Part shown: piece after piece, positions 1 through 13,230 of the stretch
Position numbering within the stretch: position 1 is the first letter of the stretch
Layout of the letters: each line of letters opens with the position of its first letter
IMG/VR virus record: IMGVR_UViG_3300042731_005759
Coordinates: 96,001-160,000 of that record
Direction: 5' to 3' (one strand)
From: a virus
DNA: 64,000 nucleotides
The notes under the pieces: model-generated
The model's input: only the letters and a program-made list of their open reading frames with translations
Database searches by the model: none
What the model was told of the DNA's origin: nothing
Program-made: the position numbers and the translations under genes

Positions 1-2
1 CG

Positions 3-3000
3 GGGTGGGTCGATTATGAACTAACAGGAAATACACAGACCGAAACAAACTACCAAAATGAACTCACAAGTAATGGTGAGTCGTATAGTTGTGAGGTCGC
101 ACCTATTCTTTCATATAAAATATTCACAGATACTGATGGTATAAAGAAAATAAGTGTCACACCTATTAAATACGACGTACCATTATATACTGACAATACT
201 TGTAGAACTGAGGCGGATATTGATTGTTTAGATGGAGATACTTTTGATTTCTATTTTGATACATTTTACTTAACAGGAACAACCTGTTGTAATCCACAGG
301 TAGATGTGTATGGACCGAATAAATTTTATACCCTACCTGAGGATGAAGATGAATGTATCCTCATGGAGGATGTATACTTCAAGGTTTCAGGAATTACTTT
401 CGGAAACGAAGATATTGTTGATGATGGAGATCCATGTACAACTTGTCCACCATATAATACAACATGGCCAACAAACATTTTTATCAATTGTGTTGGTGGA
501 TATAACGAATCAATTTCAGGTAATACAACATTACAAGAAGACCAAACAGTTGAATGGGTATCGGGTTGTACTTTCGTTATAAGAAATGTAAGAGAAAATG
601 ACGTAATAGACATAACTATCACTGACGCGGCTAACTGCGATCAAAAAGTTAGAATTGATGGATTACAACAAAAATTTGAGTGGGATCCTATTGATGGTGA
701 CGATGTTACCGAATCACGTAGTCATTTTTTCCAATACACAATCGATTCTTATTTAGAAGGTGAGGATTACCCAACTCACGATCCATCAGTAAGTCAAAGT
801 GGTATAACATTCTGTGATAATTTTTCAGGATATACCCTACACCCAACGGTACAATATAGACCTACTTTTGATTATGGTCTAAAACAAAATACTAAGGTCA
901 TTAAAATTAACAATGGTGTTATTATAGATGACGAAAATACTTGGGTAGATGTACAGAATTATTTCCAAGATAATACATTAGAGTTAATCGATGTTGAAGA
1001 TGTTCAAATAGGTGATAGATTACTTTCAGGACAATATCTTAACTGTCCTTTCAGTTCAAGTGATTATACAAACGCAGTACTGAGTGGTTATTCATTTAGT
1101 TACAATTACTTAACCGTTGAAGTGGACAATAAAGATTGTTTAGGATCAACAAAAGTAAATGTGATTAATGAAAGATTTAGAGTTTTACCAAATTCTAAAT
1201 TAAGGGTAATGACACAGGTGGGAGATCATTGGGAGTTTACAGAAAAATATCCTGAAGAATTAATAGTGAGACCACCTGAACCAACAGAACCTTGTTGTAA
1301 TTACGGTGTAGACTATTATAAAAAAGGTGATTTACTAATAAACGAATTAGGTTTTCCAATCGAGGTAACCTCATTAGATTTAGATTATTGTCAAAGAGAT
1401 TTATTTTATCATCTGAATGTTAGTGCTGTTTACAGACAACCATCAAATACATTAAGTATTGTTCCTGATAATCCTTTTGGTGTTTCCACAGAATGTTGTA
1501 CGGAAGTTATATTATTTAATGGTGATGTTGACGATCAAATATTGGTAGAATATGATGAACAAATATTTGAAAATTTAGATCTCAGTTCACAACAATATTA
1601 TCAAGACCAATTAGATTGTGTTGATGAGCCAACAATCGAAGATTTAGAAAGACCCGAATATACGGAAAACTGTAATGATCTAAATGCGTTTATTGGTATA
1701 CATTATACTGATGGTAACCAAATATTAATTGAGTATGATGAATCGTACAATATTGGTAATATAGTTCAAGTATCAGAGATTAACTCACAACTAACAGAAT
1801 ACCTCTCACCAGGTATGGATTGTTATGAACTAACAGGAATAGCATACTCTGAAAATATTACACATCAAATACTTTCTATATGTACTGATTTGATAACACC
1901 AACAGCGTCTCCCGCACCAACAGGAACACCAACTCCAACACCAACAATTACTGCTAGCCCAACACCTTCACCATCACCTTCAGAAACACCTGAACCTACC
2001 CCTTCACCAAGTCCTAGTGAGACTCCATCACCAACATCAACGCAAACTCCTACACCATCACCTTCACCAAGTGAGACCCCTGAACCTACTCCTTCACCAA
2101 GTCCAAGTGAAACTGCAGAACCTACACCAACACCTTCAGAAACACCTGAACCGACTGCAAGTGAGACGCCACAACCAACAAGTAGTAGTACGCCAGAACC
2201 AACACCAAGTACTACACCTGATCCAACACCATCACCTTCACCTAGTCCATCACCATCACCGAGTCCTTCTCCAAGCCCAAGTCCATCACCAAGTGCAACG
2301 GCAAACTGTGACTTCGATGTTGATATAGACATTGCGACTCCAACCCCCACAAATAGTAGTACACCAGAACCAACACCTAGTCCATCCCCTTCACCTAGCC
2401 CATCTCCATCACCAAGTCCTACAGTTACTGCAAACTGTGACTTTGACGTTGATGTAGATATTGCTACTCCTACACCAACACCATCTCCATCACCTAGTCC
2501 TTCTCCGTCGCCAAGTCCTTCTCCGAGTCCAAGTGCAACGGCAAACTGTGATTTTGACATTGATATAGATATTGCAACACCAACACCTACACCAACAAAT
2601 AGTAGTACACCTGAACCTACCCCTAATCCTACATCAAGTCCTACACCATCACCTAGCCCTTCACCTTCACCATCACCAACACCTAACTGTGATTTCGATG
2701 TTGATATAGACATTGCAACTCCGACTCCGACTCCTTCACCATCACCGAGTCCTTCTCCGAGTCCGAGTCCAAGTGCAACTGAAAACCCAACACAAACACC
2801 AACACCATCCCCAAGTCCTACGCCAAACTGTGACTTTGACGTTGATGTAGATATTGCAACTCCTACGCCAACACCTAGCCCTTCCCCTTCACCTAGTCCA
2901 TCACCATCACCATCACCAAGTACTACACCTGAATCAACACCAACGCCTTCACCTAGCCCATCCCCTTCACCAAGTCCAAGTCCAAGTGCAACGGCAAACT

Positions 3001-4631
3001 GTGACTTTGATATTGATATAGACATTGCAACTCCGACCCCAACACCTACAAATAGTAGTACACCTGAACCTACTCCTAATCCTACACCATCACCAACTGT
3101 AAGTGTAACTCCTGACGCAACACCTAATCCAACGTCTACACCACCTGCAACGGAAAATCCAACACCTACTCCTAGTAGTACTGCAATTCCGACTCCAACA
3201 CCATCACCTAGTCCGTCACCGTCACCATCTCCGAGTCCTACACCAAACTGTGATTTTGATATTGATATAGATATTGCAACACCTACACCGACACCAAGCC
3301 CATCACCTTCACCTAGTCCATCACCATCCCCTTCACCTAGCCCAAGTGTAACACCTGATCCTACATCAAGTCCAACACCATCACCTAGTCCATCACCATC
3401 ACCAAGTCCTACACCTAATTGCGACTTTGATGTTGATGTAGATATTGCGACTCCTACGCCAACACCAACAAATAGTAGTACACCTGAACCTACCCCTTCA
3501 CCAACACCAAGCAGTACTCCAAACCCTACAGCGAGTCCTACTCCAAGTAGTACTCCTAACCCTACGGCAAGTCCTACCCCAAGTCCTACCCCTAATCCTA
3601 CAGCGAGTCCTACACCATCACCAAGTGTAACTCCTGATCCAACTCCTACGCCTTCACCTAGTCCATCACCAAGTCCTTCACCAAGTCCAACACCTAATTG
3701 TGACTTTGACGTTGATGTAGATATTGCTACCCCTACACCAACACCATCTCCATCACCTAGTCCATCACCATCACCGAGTCCTACCCCAAGTAGTACTCCA
3801 AACCCTACAGCGAGTCCTACTCCAAGTAGTACTCCTAACCCTACTGCAAGTCCAACACCTTCACCTAGCCCATCACCAAGTCCAAGTGCAACACCAAACC
3901 CTACACCATCACCTAGCCCATCTCCATCGCCAAGTCCAACACCAAACTGTGATTTCGATGTTGATATAGATATTGCAACTCCTACTCCTACACCATCACC
4001 ATCTCCGTCGCCTTCACCTAGCCCATCGCCAAGTCCTAGTCCATCACCATCGCCAAGTAGTACACCAAATCCAACTCCTACACCAACACCATCTCCATCG
4101 CCATCACCGTCTCCGTCACCATCACCTAGTCCAAGTCCGACTCCAAGTCCGACCCCTAGTCCTACTGCAGTAGATTGTCCACCTAGTTGTGGTACACAGA
4201 TCTATAAAAACTCATATGTACCAACAGGTAGTACTTCATCTGTTAGTACAATTAAGGATCTCGGTGGATACTGTACTGAAAATAGAGTGGATGGTGATAT
4301 AGTATCTACAAGTGGTGCAGAATGGGTATATAATACAAATAATTGTGTTGTATATGTTAGATCTTATAGTGGAGGATCAAGTAGTACGTGTGTTGGTGAG
4401 TATGTAACACCTACAGGAACTGAGGTTAGTTCATTTGTACACACTGAAGGTACGTTAACACCAACAGGAAGTAATAAATTATACGATACAGGAATCAGAT
4501 ATATTGACTCTAATAATAACGCAATTGTGATTGTGACTGAATGGAATTCATCACTAATGGATTTAGTTAGAGTTTGGGTATTATGTGATTGTAGTTTTGA
4601 AGGTGAAGTAATAGAAAATTTTGAAGGATGA
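3..4631 (+). CDS. Giant modular Cys-rich structural protein, 5'-truncated: degenerate Hint-like region, long P/T/S linker with 10 NCDFD[VI]D[VI]DIA repeats, Cys-rich C-terminal domain
   Basis: The frame of the 306..4631 ORF is open back to position 3 ([11 protein letters not shown]...), so GTG306 is internal and the true start lies upstream of the window. Repeats are visible in the translation. Confidence 0.85.
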   Translation, partial: GWVDYELTGNTQTETNYQNELTSNGESYSCEVAPILSYKIFTDTDGIKKISVTPIKYDVPLYTDNTCRTEADIDCLDGDTFDFYFDTFYLTGTTCCNPQVDVYGPNKFYTLPEDEDECILMEDVYFKVSGITFGNEDIVDDGDPCTTCPPYNTTWPTNIFINCVGGYNESISGNTTLQEDQTVEWVSGCTFVIRNVRENDVIDITITDAANCDQKVRIDGLQQKFEWDPIDGDDVTESRSHFFQYTIDSYLEGEDYPTHDPSVSQSGITFCDNFSGYTLHPTVQYRPTFDYGLKQNTKVIKINNGVIIDDENTWVDVQNYFQDNTLELIDVEDVQIGDRLLSGQYLNCPFSSSDYTNAVLSGYSFSYNYLTVEVDNKDCLGSTKVNVINERFRVLPNSKLRVMTQVGDHWEFTEKYPEELIVRPPEPTEPCCNYGVDYYKKGDLLINELGFPIEVTSLDLDYCQRDLFYHLNVSAVYRQPSNTLSIVPDNPFGVSTECCTEVILFNGDVDDQILVEYDEQIFENLDLSSQQYYQDQLDCVDEPTIEDLERPEYTENCNDLNAFIGIHYTDGNQILIEYDESYNIGNIVQVSEINSQLTEYLSPGMDCYELTGIAYSENITHQILSICTDLITPTASPAPTGTPTPTPTITASPTPSPSPSETPEPTPSPSPSETPSPTSTQTPTPSPSPSETPEPTPSPSPSETAEPTPTPSETPEPTASETPQPTSSSTPEPTPSTTPDPTPSPSPSPSPSPSPSPSPSPSPSATANCDFDVDIDIATPTPTNSSTPEPTPSPSPSPSPSPSPSPTVTANCDFDVDVDIATPTPTPSPSPSPSPSPSPSPSPSATANCDFDIDIDIATPTPTPTNSSTPEPTPNPTSSPTPSPSPSPSPSPTPNCDFDVDIDIATPTPTPSPSPSPSPSPSPSATENPTQTPTPSPSPTPNCDFDVDVDIATPTPTPSPSPSPSPSPSPSPSTTPESTPTPSPSPSPSPSPSPSATANCDFDIDIDIATPTPTPTNSSTPEPTPNPTPSPTVSVTPDATPNPTSTPPATENPTPTPSSTAIPTPTPSPSPSPSPSPSPTPNCDFDIDIDIATPTPTPSPSPSPSPSPSPSPSPSVTPDPTSSPTPSPSPSPSPSPTPNCDFDVDVDIATPTPTPTNSSTPEPTPSPTPSSTPNPTASPTPSSTPNPTASPTPSPTPNPTASPTPSPSVTPDPTPTPSPSPSPSPSPSPTPNCDFDVDVDIATPTPTPSPSPSPSPSPSPTPSSTPNPTASPTPSSTPNPTASPTPSPSPSPSPSATPNPTPSPSPSPSPSPTPNCDFDVDIDIATPTPTPSPSPSPSPSPSPSPSPSPSPSSTPNPTPTPTPSPSPSPSPSPSPSPSPTPSPTPSPTAVDCPPSCGTQIYKNSYVPTGSTSSVSTIKDLGGYCTENRVDGDIVSTSGAEWVYNTNNCVVYVRSYSGGSSSTCVGEYVTPTGTEVSSFVHTEGTLTPTGSNKLYDTGIRYIDSNNNAIVIVTEWNSSLMDLVRVWVLCDCSFEGEVIENFEG
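2304..3977 (+). repeat. 10 in-frame copies of NCDFD[VI]D[VI]DIA separated by TP/SP linkers
   Basis: Copies start near 2304, 2434, 2544, 2685, 2826, 2997, 3246, 3417, 3696 and 3945. Confidence 0.95.
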
Positions 4632-4671
4632 TAGACTATAAAATTGAAAAATTAAACTATATATTTTAATA

Positions 4672-7600
4672 ATGAGTCAGGTAAGATATTTTGATGTAAC
4701 AATTAGTTCGGGAACCTCACATAGTACATATATTATATACTATGATCAGGTTAACGCGTCTAATATTGCCACAAGAGTATCAACTAATTTACCTGCAACA
4801 GGAGTTACATATTCAGATTTAACTTCACTTAATGGTGTTAGAGTTCAAGTACCTTACACTGCAACAACAATATTATTGTATAATAACTCATGTGTTGTTG
4901 ATGACGAAATTATCTTACCAACACCAATTCCCACATCTACACCTACACCCACTCCTTCCCCAAGCCCATCACCTAGTCCATCACCTTCACCTAGTCCATC
5001 ACCAAGCCCTACACCATCCCCAAGCCCAAGCCCATCCCCAAGTCCAACACCTAATTGTGACTTTGATGTAGACATAGATATTGCAACTCCCACACCAACC
5101 CCATCACCTTCACCTAGCCCATCACCTAGTCCGTCCCCATCACCAACACCAAACCCTACACCAAATCCAACACCATCCCCAAGCCCAAGCCCATCACCTT
5201 CACCTAGTCCATCACCAAGTCCTACACCGACATTTAGTCCAACTCCAAGTGCAACACCAAACCCTACTGCGAGTCCAACACCATCTCCTAGCCCGAGTCC
5301 ATCACCAAGTCCAACACCGTCACCAACACCTAATTGTGACTTCGATGTGGACGTAGAAATGAATTTAGCACCTACAGGGTTTACACCATTTGCTTTTCAA
5401 CAGTTTGAAAATACGGCAACAGGTACAACGATAGCGACACTTTCAGCAAGTGATCCTGATTCGGGTGATACACATACATTTAGTTTAGTGTCAGGTTCAG
5501 GTAGTACAGATAACGCATCATTTACTTTATCAAGTGCAGGTGTTCTTAAAAATGCAGTAGTATTCAACTATGAAACAAAATCAAGTTATTCGATAAGAGT
5601 AAGAGTTACAGATCAAGGTGGACTAAGTTTTGAAGGTACAAGAACAGTATCAGTTCGTAACGTAAATGAAACTCCGTATGGATTGACATTAAGCAATAAT
5701 ACACAGAATGAGAATACCGCAACAGGTACAACCATCGGAACGTTCTCAGGTTTAGATGTTGATAGTGGTGAAACATTTACATATACACTTTCGGGAAGTG
5801 GTAATGATAACGCATCATTTACTTTATCAAGTGCGGGAGTTCTTAAAAACGCGATAGTATTCAATTACGAAGTTAAAAATTCATATAGTATCGAAGTAAC
5901 GGTTACTGATAGTGGTAATAACACCTATACTGATACATTTACAATTTCAGTCCTTGATGTTAACGAAACACCTACTAATATTACTTTATCAAGTTCATCT
6001 ATAGATGAGAATGTACCAACAGGGACTACAATTGGAACATTTAGCTCATCAGACCCTGATAGTGGAAATACCTTTACATATAGTTTAGTAAGTGGAACAG
6101 GATCATCAGGAAATGGTAGTTTTTATATCGATGGTACAAGTCTGAAGAGTAATGTTGTATTTGACTATGAAACACAATCATCTTACTCTATAAGGGTTAG
6201 ATCGACAGATCAAGGAGGTCTTTACGTAGAAAAAATATTAACAATATCGATTACAGACATATCAGTATCAGGTACTGCAACAGTCACAAACTTAAATTGT
6301 TATAATGATTCCTCAGGAACAATTGAAGTCACTTCTCAGTCAGGGGGTGACTCACCATACACATATTCAATTAATGGTATATCGTATCAATCATCAACGT
6401 CATTTACAGGTTTGGGGGCAGGAACTTATACAGTATATATTAAAGATGATAATGGTGAAATAGGTACGTTATCAAAAACAATAACACAACCACCCGTACT
6501 TTCAGTGACTGATTCACACACAGATCCAACATGTTATGGAGGAAGTGATGGTGAAATTGTCTTTAGTGTTGCTGGTGGTACAGGTGAAAAAACATATACA
6601 ATAAATGGGGATGTAACAACAGATACAACTCATACAGGTTTGACTGCGGGTACATATACTTTCATTGCGACAGACGAAAATGGATGTACTGATAGTAGAT
6701 CGGTTACTTTGAGTGTAACGCAAGTGTCAGTTAATTTTGACGGAAGTGATGTTAGTTGTAATGGTGATTCAGATGGTAGTATTAGGGTTTTCTGTCCAAC
6801 AGGTGGTAGTGGATCGGGATACGAAGTCAAAATAGGGTCCAATGCATATCAAAACTTACCAACTGGTTGTGGTTTTGGTGATGGAGTAAATTACACGGCA
6901 TTAACTGCAGGTACATACACTATCACAGTAAAAGATGGGGATGGTTGTGAAAGACAATATACAAGAGTAATAACAGAACCTACTACTTTATCAGCATCTG
7001 CAAGTGGTACTCTACCAACCTGTAGTAATAGTTCAGATGGTACAATAACAGTAACCGCCAGTGGTGGTACATCACCATATGAGTATGATTTAGCGAATAC
7101 AGGTTACCAAACCTCAAACGTATTCAGTAACCTAAGTTCAGGTTCATATACAGGTAGGGTAAGAGATAATAATGGGTGTATTGGGGCGTTTAGTGTTGAT
7201 ATCACAAGAACTCAAGTGTCTGCAACAGTAACACAAACAAATGTTACTTGTAATGGTGATGATGACGGAACAATAACTGTTACAAGTCCATCAGGTGGTA
7301 CAGGTACAGGATACGAAGTAAAATTAAATAGTAATGGTACTTATGTAAATCTTGAGACAGAAACATATAGTAATTTGGCACCAGGAACATACACAGTTTA
7401 TGTTAAGGATAGTAATGATTGTGAAAGAACATATAGTATAACAATAACTGAAAATGCGGTGGTGACCGCAAGTGTTACATCAACAGACCCAACATGTTTC
7501 GGTAATACTGATGGTAGTATAACAGTAACGGGATCAGGTGGAACAGGATCATATACTTACAGTATTGGAAGTGGTTACCAAGCATCAAATACTTTTACCA

Positions 7601-9903
7601 ATTTAGGAAATGGTGCATATAATATATCAGTTCAAGATAGTAATGGTTGTATAGGTACAACCACAAGAATCCTATTGAAACAAGAAGTTTCCGCAACAGT
7701 AACACAATCTAATGTTACTTGTAATGGAGGATCAAATGGATCCATTACGGTATCCTCACCTACAGGTGGAAATGGTGTCCCATATAGTGTAAAATTAAAT
7801 AGTGGTTCTTATACAACAACATTCCCTAAAACTTACTCGAGTTTAAGTGCGGGGACGAACACTATAACCGTTAGAGATACTGACGGATGTACAAAAGAAT
7901 ATAGTATTACTATTACAGAACCAACTGCGGTTAATGTTACATCAAGTTCTGTGACACATCCAACATGTAATTACAGTAGTGATGGTGAAATAACAGTAAG
8001 TGCTACGGGTGGAACAGGCACTAAACAATATTCTATTAACGGTCTTTTATATCAGTCTTCAGGGACATTTACAGGATTAAGTGTTGGATCTCATACATTA
8101 TTTGCAAGAGACGAAAACAATTGTGTTGATACGGTATCGGTGACACTAAGTAAATCTCAGGTTACGGCAACCGTAACTCACACAAATGCAAGTTGTAATC
8201 TTGCAGATGGTGGTGGTTCGGGTACAATCACAGTATCCTCACCTACAGGTGGAAATGGAGGCACATACCAATCTAAATTGAATAGTGGGTCTTATACAAA
8301 TATAGGTACGTCAAAAACATATAGTAATGTGTCCGCAGGGACACACACAATTACCGTAAAAGATGGTAGTGGGTGTACAACATCATATTCTGTGACGATA
8401 ACACAACCAAACGCACTTACAATAGGGAGAACCATGGTAAACCCAACCTGTAGTAATAGTTCAGATGGATCAATAACATGGACAGTTGGGGGAGGAACGT
8501 CACCGTACTCATATACATTAAATGGTGATGTAACTGAAACCCTATCACATACAGGATTAACAACAGGTAGTTACACTTTGGAAGTAACAGATGATAACGG
8601 TTGTACAAAATCACGATTAGTTACGTTGAGTAAATCAGCGGTAACCGCATCATATAGTGTCAATAACCCTCTTTGTAATGGTGAATCAAATGGATCTGTA
8701 GAAATCACATCAATTACAGGAGGTAATGGTGGAACCTACCAATATCAATGGGATGGTGGAACATGGACAAACTTCTCAGGTTCCGCAATAATAGGTTTTC
8801 AATCTGCGGGAACATATACATTAAAAGTGAGAGACAGTCAACAATGTACAACAACATATTCTGTGAACTTAGGTCAACCATCAGCCCTTAATTTAAGTCT
8901 ATCACCAACAGGTCCAACGTGTTGGGATGGTAGTGACGGAGAAATTACTGTTACTGGTACAGGTGGAACTTCACCATACACTTATAAAATCGGTTCAGGT
9001 AATTACCAAATCTCAAATACATTTACTGGTTTAACTGACGGATCATACATAGTTACAATAAGAGATGCGAATAGTTGTACTAATTCGGCAAGTACTACGG
9101 TATCTACATCAGCACCATCGGCAACATTTACAACAACGGATGTTTCTTGTAATGGTGGTTCTAATGGTTTAATAAATGTTGCAAATCCAACAGGTGGTAG
9201 TGGATCGGGATATTACCATAGACTTAATAATGGATTATGGGTATTAACTTTCCCTTACAATTATGGTGCTTTATCCGCGGGAACATACACAATCGATATA
9301 AAGGATGGTGATTCATGTGAAAAGTCTTACAGTGTCACCGTGTCTCAACCTACAGCGGGTACCGCATCTATTTTAAGTTACGTATCTGGTAGTAATGGTT
9401 CTATAACTGTTACATCCTCAGGAGGTACATGGAATAAAACTTATAGATTATATGAAGATACTGCGTCACCTTATACAAATAGTGGGGGTGTACTAACAGC
9501 CACAATCACAGGTGTTACCTCATCAAATCCATCACAAACATTCTCCAACCTCTCCGAAGGTTACTATTACGTTGTTATAACTGACGCTAATGGTTGTACC
9601 GCAACATCGGCAGTACAAAGTACTTTCGCAGGTTCAGTAGGAGATCTTAAAATTAGTAGGTGTGGTGATAGTGTAATATACTATGCAAATAGTCAATTTG
9701 GTTGTAGTGAAGGGAACGATCTATTGATGCCATTTGGATTTAATATTGGAGATATAGTTCAATTTGCGGTAGGGACGGATTGCCCACACGGTACTACTTA
9801 TTGTGGTGAAATAACAGCAACTGATCAAAGTAATGAATCAACAGCAATATTAACAAGTGAATTTACACAGGATGATTGTAACTCACCTGACTGTAATGAA
9901 TAA
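4672..9903 (+). CDS. Modular adhesin-like virion protein: shared N-domain, PS linker with 2 NCDFD motifs, 3 cadherin-like repeats, about 13-14 SprB-like repeats, Cys-rich tip
   Basis: Cadherin motifs (ENxxxGT, DxDxGxT, F[ND]YExxxSYSIxV). Repeats of C-x-G-x-x-[DN]G-x-I-x-V...GG...Y...GxYxxxVxDxxxC. No signal peptide or T9SS C-terminal domain seen. Confidence 0.85.
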   Translation: MSQVRYFDVTISSGTSHSTYIIYYDQVNASNIATRVSTNLPATGVTYSDLTSLNGVRVQVPYTATTILLYNNSCVVDDEIILPTPIPTSTPTPTPSPSPSPSPSPSPSPSPSPTPSPSPSPSPSPTPNCDFDVDIDIATPTPTPSPSPSPSPSPSPSPTPNPTPNPTPSPSPSPSPSPSPSPSPTPTFSPTPSATPNPTASPTPSPSPSPSPSPTPSPTPNCDFDVDVEMNLAPTGFTPFAFQQFENTATGTTIATLSASDPDSGDTHTFSLVSGSGSTDNASFTLSSAGVLKNAVVFNYETKSSYSIRVRVTDQGGLSFEGTRTVSVRNVNETPYGLTLSNNTQNENTATGTTIGTFSGLDVDSGETFTYTLSGSGNDNASFTLSSAGVLKNAIVFNYEVKNSYSIEVTVTDSGNNTYTDTFTISVLDVNETPTNITLSSSSIDENVPTGTTIGTFSSSDPDSGNTFTYSLVSGTGSSGNGSFYIDGTSLKSNVVFDYETQSSYSIRVRSTDQGGLYVEKILTISITDISVSGTATVTNLNCYNDSSGTIEVTSQSGGDSPYTYSINGISYQSSTSFTGLGAGTYTVYIKDDNGEIGTLSKTITQPPVLSVTDSHTDPTCYGGSDGEIVFSVAGGTGEKTYTINGDVTTDTTHTGLTAGTYTFIATDENGCTDSRSVTLSVTQVSVNFDGSDVSCNGDSDGSIRVFCPTGGSGSGYEVKIGSNAYQNLPTGCGFGDGVNYTALTAGTYTITVKDGDGCERQYTRVITEPTTLSASASGTLPTCSNSSDGTITVTASGGTSPYEYDLANTGYQTSNVFSNLSSGSYTGRVRDNNGCIGAFSVDITRTQVSATVTQTNVTCNGDDDGTITVTSPSGGTGTGYEVKLNSNGTYVNLETETYSNLAPGTYTVYVKDSNDCERTYSITITENAVVTASVTSTDPTCFGNTDGSITVTGSGGTGSYTYSIGSGYQASNTFTNLGNGAYNISVQDSNGCIGTTTRILLKQEVSATVTQSNVTCNGGSNGSITVSSPTGGNGVPYSVKLNSGSYTTTFPKTYSSLSAGTNTITVRDTDGCTKEYSITITEPTAVNVTSSSVTHPTCNYSSDGEITVSATGGTGTKQYSINGLLYQSSGTFTGLSVGSHTLFARDENNCVDTVSVTLSKSQVTATVTHTNASCNLADGGGSGTITVSSPTGGNGGTYQSKLNSGSYTNIGTSKTYSNVSAGTHTITVKDGSGCTTSYSVTITQPNALTIGRTMVNPTCSNSSDGSITWTVGGGTSPYSYTLNGDVTETLSHTGLTTGSYTLEVTDDNGCTKSRLVTLSKSAVTASYSVNNPLCNGESNGSVEITSITGGNGGTYQYQWDGGTWTNFSGSAIIGFQSAGTYTLKVRDSQQCTTTYSVNLGQPSALNLSLSPTGPTCWDGSDGEITVTGTGGTSPYTYKIGSGNYQISNTFTGLTDGSYIVTIRDANSCTNSASTTVSTSAPSATFTTTDVSCNGGSNGLINVANPTGGSGSGYYHRLNNGLWVLTFPYNYGALSAGTYTIDIKDGDSCEKSYSVTVSQPTAGTASILSYVSGSNGSITVTSSGGTWNKTYRLYEDTASPYTNSGGVLTATITGVTSSNPSQTFSNLSEGYYYVVITDANGCTATSAVQSTFAGSVGDLKISRCGDSVIYYANSQFGCSEGNDLLMPFGFNIGDIVQFAVGTDCPHGTTYCGEITATDQSNESTAILTSEFTQDDCNSPDCNE

Positions 9904-9932
9904 ACAAATAAAAACTTTTTTGAAAAGTATGA

Positions 9933-9939
9933 TATTTAT
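9933..9939 (+). promoter_or_regulatory. Putative late promoter TATTTAT
   Basis: Recurrent [AG]TATTTAT motif upstream of structural genes. Confidence 0.6.
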
Positions 9940-9966
9940 TAATAAAGATTTTAAAACTAAAAAATT

Positions 9967-10509
9967 ATGGCTTATCAAGTAACATTTACATTAAATGCGT
10001 TGTACACAGGTACAACGGAAGCGGACAACTTTACAATAGTTGGGAAACATTCAAACGGTTCCCCCGCAGATACAACAATAGCAACAGGGGTCGCTAAGGC
10101 GGATTTAATCGCGGGAGTAACCTACCAAGTTGCAGATACAATAACAGGAGGTACAGTAACCTCAACAGGGACATGTACTAATTCTGTGAATTGGGTTGGA
10201 CAAGGAGGTGCGGCACCAACGGCAACACCACAAGCAACACTAGGACCAACGGCAACACCATCGGAAATTTCATATTACCAATTTAGTTACTGTGATACTG
10301 GTGATCAACCACAAGGAGTTACAACTGTTGACGTATCATCAGATGAGTTAACGGCAGCAGGATTTAATGCATTACCATCACCAGGTAACCCAACTCTTGA
10401 ATTCCAAGGGTTAGGTGGTTGTTATGAATACAGACAGGTAGAAGCAAGTAGTAGTGATGGTCGTCTCATTTTGACCGTGAACGAATGTACTTGTGATGAG
10501 TCGGCATAA
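9967..10509 (+). CDS. Small modular virion protein (shared N-domain, PT linker, CYEY-type Cys-rich domain)
   Basis: N-domain (TIATGVAKADLIAGV...STGTCTN) resembles those of 4672, 13231 and 23730. C-terminus FSYC...CYEY...CTC. Confidence 0.8.
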   Translation: MAYQVTFTLNALYTGTTEADNFTIVGKHSNGSPADTTIATGVAKADLIAGVTYQVADTITGGTVTSTGTCTNSVNWVGQGGAAPTATPQATLGPTATPSEISYYQFSYCDTGDQPQGVTTVDVSSDELTAAGFNALPSPGNPTLEFQGLGGCYEYRQVEASSSDGRLILTVNECTCDESA

Positions 10510-10538
10510 TTCAAAAACTAAGTCATAAAGTTTATATT

Positions 10539-10565
10539 AAAAAACCCTCACTCGAGGGTTTTTTT
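10539..10565 (+). terminator. Intrinsic terminator, possibly bidirectional
   Basis: AAAAAACCCTC-ACTC-GAGGGTTTTTTT. Confidence 0.85.
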
Positions 10566-10581
10566 ATTTCTATTATAAAAG

Positions 10582-10589
10582 TATTTATA
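10582..10589 (+). promoter_or_regulatory. Putative late promoter TATTTATA, 12 nt before ATG
   Basis: Directly after a terminator; ATG at 10594. Confidence 0.7.
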
Positions 10590-10593
10590 ACAT

Positions 10594-11889
10594 ATGGGAT
10601 TAGTAGTTAGGTTATATGACATAGTTTCACCCAATAAATTCAAGTTGAGTATTGGGTTATCACCGTATGGTAATTTTGATCAAATAGTGGGATCAGAAGC
10701 CAATGGATATTTTCTACCGTCAACTACGGGAACTACAGACACCACCCATAGAAATTATAGGACAGATCCTATATGTATAACAGATAATAACCCCGAGATT
10801 ACGGGTTCAACATGTTCTGTATATGAATCTTTGACATTTGATACGAGATATTTTCTGAAATTAGAGGATACATCAAATCTTGTAAATCAATGTGATACTA
10901 ATCCATGTATTGATAATACGGAAAAGAGACATATAATTGAAAGTATATATATCAGTGATAGTAAGACGTTTGATTGTTATGACAAGATTAAATTTGATGT
11001 GGATTATGTATGTTTAACTCCCACACCTACTCCAAGTGCAACACCTAATCCAACCCCTAATCCTACTACATTACCGAATCCAACCCCCAACCCAACACCT
11101 GAACCTACCGCAAATCCAACACCTAATCCTACCGCAGATCCAACACCACAACCAACACCTCAGTGTTTACGTTACATAATAACAGTCACTGACCAAAAGG
11201 TTGCATTAGTAGTAACGTATACGGATTGTGCGACTGGTTTAACAGATACGGAAACTATAAATCCATCAACATCTGAAACCCTTTGTTCACTAACTCAACC
11301 AGTGAGATCATCAGGTACCCTACAATACTACATTGGTGAGGGTACAGATAACTGTGCAAATGCACCTACTCCGAATCCAACACCTAATCCTACCGCTAAC
11401 CCAACACCTAATCCAACTGCGGAACCTACACCTGAACCAACACCTGAACCTACAGGTTTATGTATAGAAGTTTCAGATTTTGTGGCGAGAACTGACTTAT
11501 CAACAACTTTTACTTGGGAAGACTGTGATGGGAATAGTTATAGTATGAATATACCTGCAGGAGACGCGGCACCACCTTCATCGGGGCCATGTGTTAGACA
11601 AGGTACTGTATCATGGGTACCATCAGGCGGAAATGCGAGGGTAGACTTAGCGATAAGTCCTTCAGGACTTTGTGATGGTGGTGAACCAGTTACAACACAG
11701 TGTTATAATTACACATTATCAGTACCTAGTATGGGTGAAACTACGAGTACTTTCTCATATACCGCATGTAATGGAGACGAGAGGACATGGACAGGATTGT
11801 CTGGTGATAATACATCAGTATGTGCACAAGATGGTACGGTAAGTGTAACATCGGGACCTGGAACATACTATAAAGGAAGTGCATGTTAA
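10594..11889 (+). CDS. Modular virion protein with PT linkers and three small 4-Cys domains
   Basis: Three repeats of C..Y...[YW]xxC..G...C...C separated by PNPT linkers. Confidence 0.8.
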   Translation: MGLVVRLYDIVSPNKFKLSIGLSPYGNFDQIVGSEANGYFLPSTTGTTDTTHRNYRTDPICITDNNPEITGSTCSVYESLTFDTRYFLKLEDTSNLVNQCDTNPCIDNTEKRHIIESIYISDSKTFDCYDKIKFDVDYVCLTPTPTPSATPNPTPNPTTLPNPTPNPTPEPTANPTPNPTADPTPQPTPQCLRYIITVTDQKVALVVTYTDCATGLTDTETINPSTSETLCSLTQPVRSSGTLQYYIGEGTDNCANAPTPNPTPNPTANPTPNPTAEPTPEPTPEPTGLCIEVSDFVARTDLSTTFTWEDCDGNSYSMNIPAGDAAPPSSGPCVRQGTVSWVPSGGNARVDLAISPSGLCDGGEPVTTQCYNYTLSVPSMGETTSTFSYTACNGDERTWTGLSGDNTSVCAQDGTVSVTSGPGTYYKGSAC

Positions 11890-11900
11890 TACAATAAAAA

Positions 11901-13181
11901 ATGGCAAGAAAGGTTAGGATAGATTTAAGTTTAGACAACACTCACAGTTTGAGTGATTTTCCTGTTGACTTATATAGTGGAACAACTAGTGGGACTACAA
12001 CTGAGTTAGTTTTTGCGAATATTACAGAGGGACCTGTAGTATTAGAAGTGGAAGACAGTGTTTTAAATATTGTCAATGGAGAGCACCCATTTTTCTATGT
12101 TAGGTTTTCTTCTGAAGGATGTCATGATGAAATTGTTAAAGTTCAAGTACCGAGAGTAGATTGTACTTTATGTGTTTCATTTATACCATATGGGTTTACA
12201 CCAACACCAAATCCAACGGAGACCCCATTACCTACTCCTGAACCTACTCCTAATCCTACTAATGAACCAACACCTAATCCTACTAATGAACCTACACCTA
12301 ATCCCACTCCTAATCCTACTAATGAACCAACACCTAATCCTACCGCAGATCCAACACCTGAACCTACACCTAATCCTACCGCAGACCCAACTCCTAATCC
12401 AACTGCAGAACCAACACCTAATCCTACACCGAATCCAACTGCGGAACCTACACCTGAACCAACAGAAAATATTATAGTTGCGGGTGTAAGATTGACTATT
12501 CCTTATACAAATTCGGAAGACGCATGTGCTGGTAGTAATAAAAACCAAAGTAATCACGCATATATCCTTGAAGGATCAAGTATATTCACATTAGTCAACG
12601 GGTATTTACTAATCGACGGAAGTCAACTTACGATGGTAGGATCGGTGGATTATGATTTATATTATGGTGATGAAACAATTTCAACAAACTCATTAGAACA
12701 GAGTATAGGTACAGTAAATGGTGCGTCACCATCGGGATGGTATTTAGTTGATTCGACTTCAACTACAAATATACCTTTAAGTTCGAAAGTATTAGCAACA
12801 GTAAATGACACGTATAATCCAACAACAATAAGTTTTAGTCTTTGTGTAACCCCTGAACCAACACCCGAAGAAACACCAGCTGAAGAAAGTGGTTTAGTTA
12901 AAATTATAGATTGTGATCTGTTGGATGAAAATGGTCAAGCACCACCAGGGGCGAGTTACTATTTGATAGACCCAACTGAAACTTGTATATCAGGGCAATT
13001 ATCACTGACATCAACCTTATTATCTGCAGGGGATATTATATATTATCGTGTAGGTGATCAAACTTGTTCGGGATCCATTATGTGTGCTCAAGTACAGAAT
13101 GGAACCTTTACAGGTACACCAGATGCAACAAGGAGTGGTGAAAACATATTCCCATCTTGTAGTGAATGTTACATACCATAA
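11901..13181 (+). CDS. Modular virion protein (N-domain, DCTLCVSF strand, PT linker, Cys-rich tip ending CSEC)
   Basis: ORF translation; same architecture as its neighbours. Confidence 0.8.
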   Translation: MARKVRIDLSLDNTHSLSDFPVDLYSGTTSGTTTELVFANITEGPVVLEVEDSVLNIVNGEHPFFYVRFSSEGCHDEIVKVQVPRVDCTLCVSFIPYGFTPTPNPTETPLPTPEPTPNPTNEPTPNPTNEPTPNPTPNPTNEPTPNPTADPTPEPTPNPTADPTPNPTAEPTPNPTPNPTAEPTPEPTENIIVAGVRLTIPYTNSEDACAGSNKNQSNHAYILEGSSIFTLVNGYLLIDGSQLTMVGSVDYDLYYGDETISTNSLEQSIGTVNGASPSGWYLVDSTSTTNIPLSSKVLATVNDTYNPTTISFSLCVTPEPTPEETPAEESGLVKIIDCDLLDENGQAPPGASYYLIDPTETCISGQLSLTSTLLSAGDIIYYRVGDQTCSGSIMCAQVQNGTFTGTPDATRSGENIFPSCSECYIP

Positions 13182-13208
13182 AAAATAAAAGTAATTGGAT
13201 ATAAAGAG

Positions 13209-13216
13209 TATTTATA
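13209..13216 (+). promoter_or_regulatory. Putative late promoter TATTTATA
   Basis: AGTATTTATA upstream of 13231. Confidence 0.65.
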
Positions 13217-13230
13217 ATATAAAAGATTAA

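Noticed and set aside
306-308. GTG start for gene 1
   Set aside because: The frame is open to the window edge, so the gene starts upstream.
1865-3025. Long minus-strand G/V/L-rich ORFs (also 15035-15643, 55402-56037, 56705-59821) and H/Q/L-rich alternative-frame ORFs
   Set aside because: They are shadows of repetitive plus-strand coding sequence.
2304-3977. Repeats of about 33 bp with variable spacers resembling a CRISPR array (also 15066-15842)
   Set aside because: They are in frame, vary at synonymous positions, and the spacers are low-complexity P/T/S codons; no cas operon is present.
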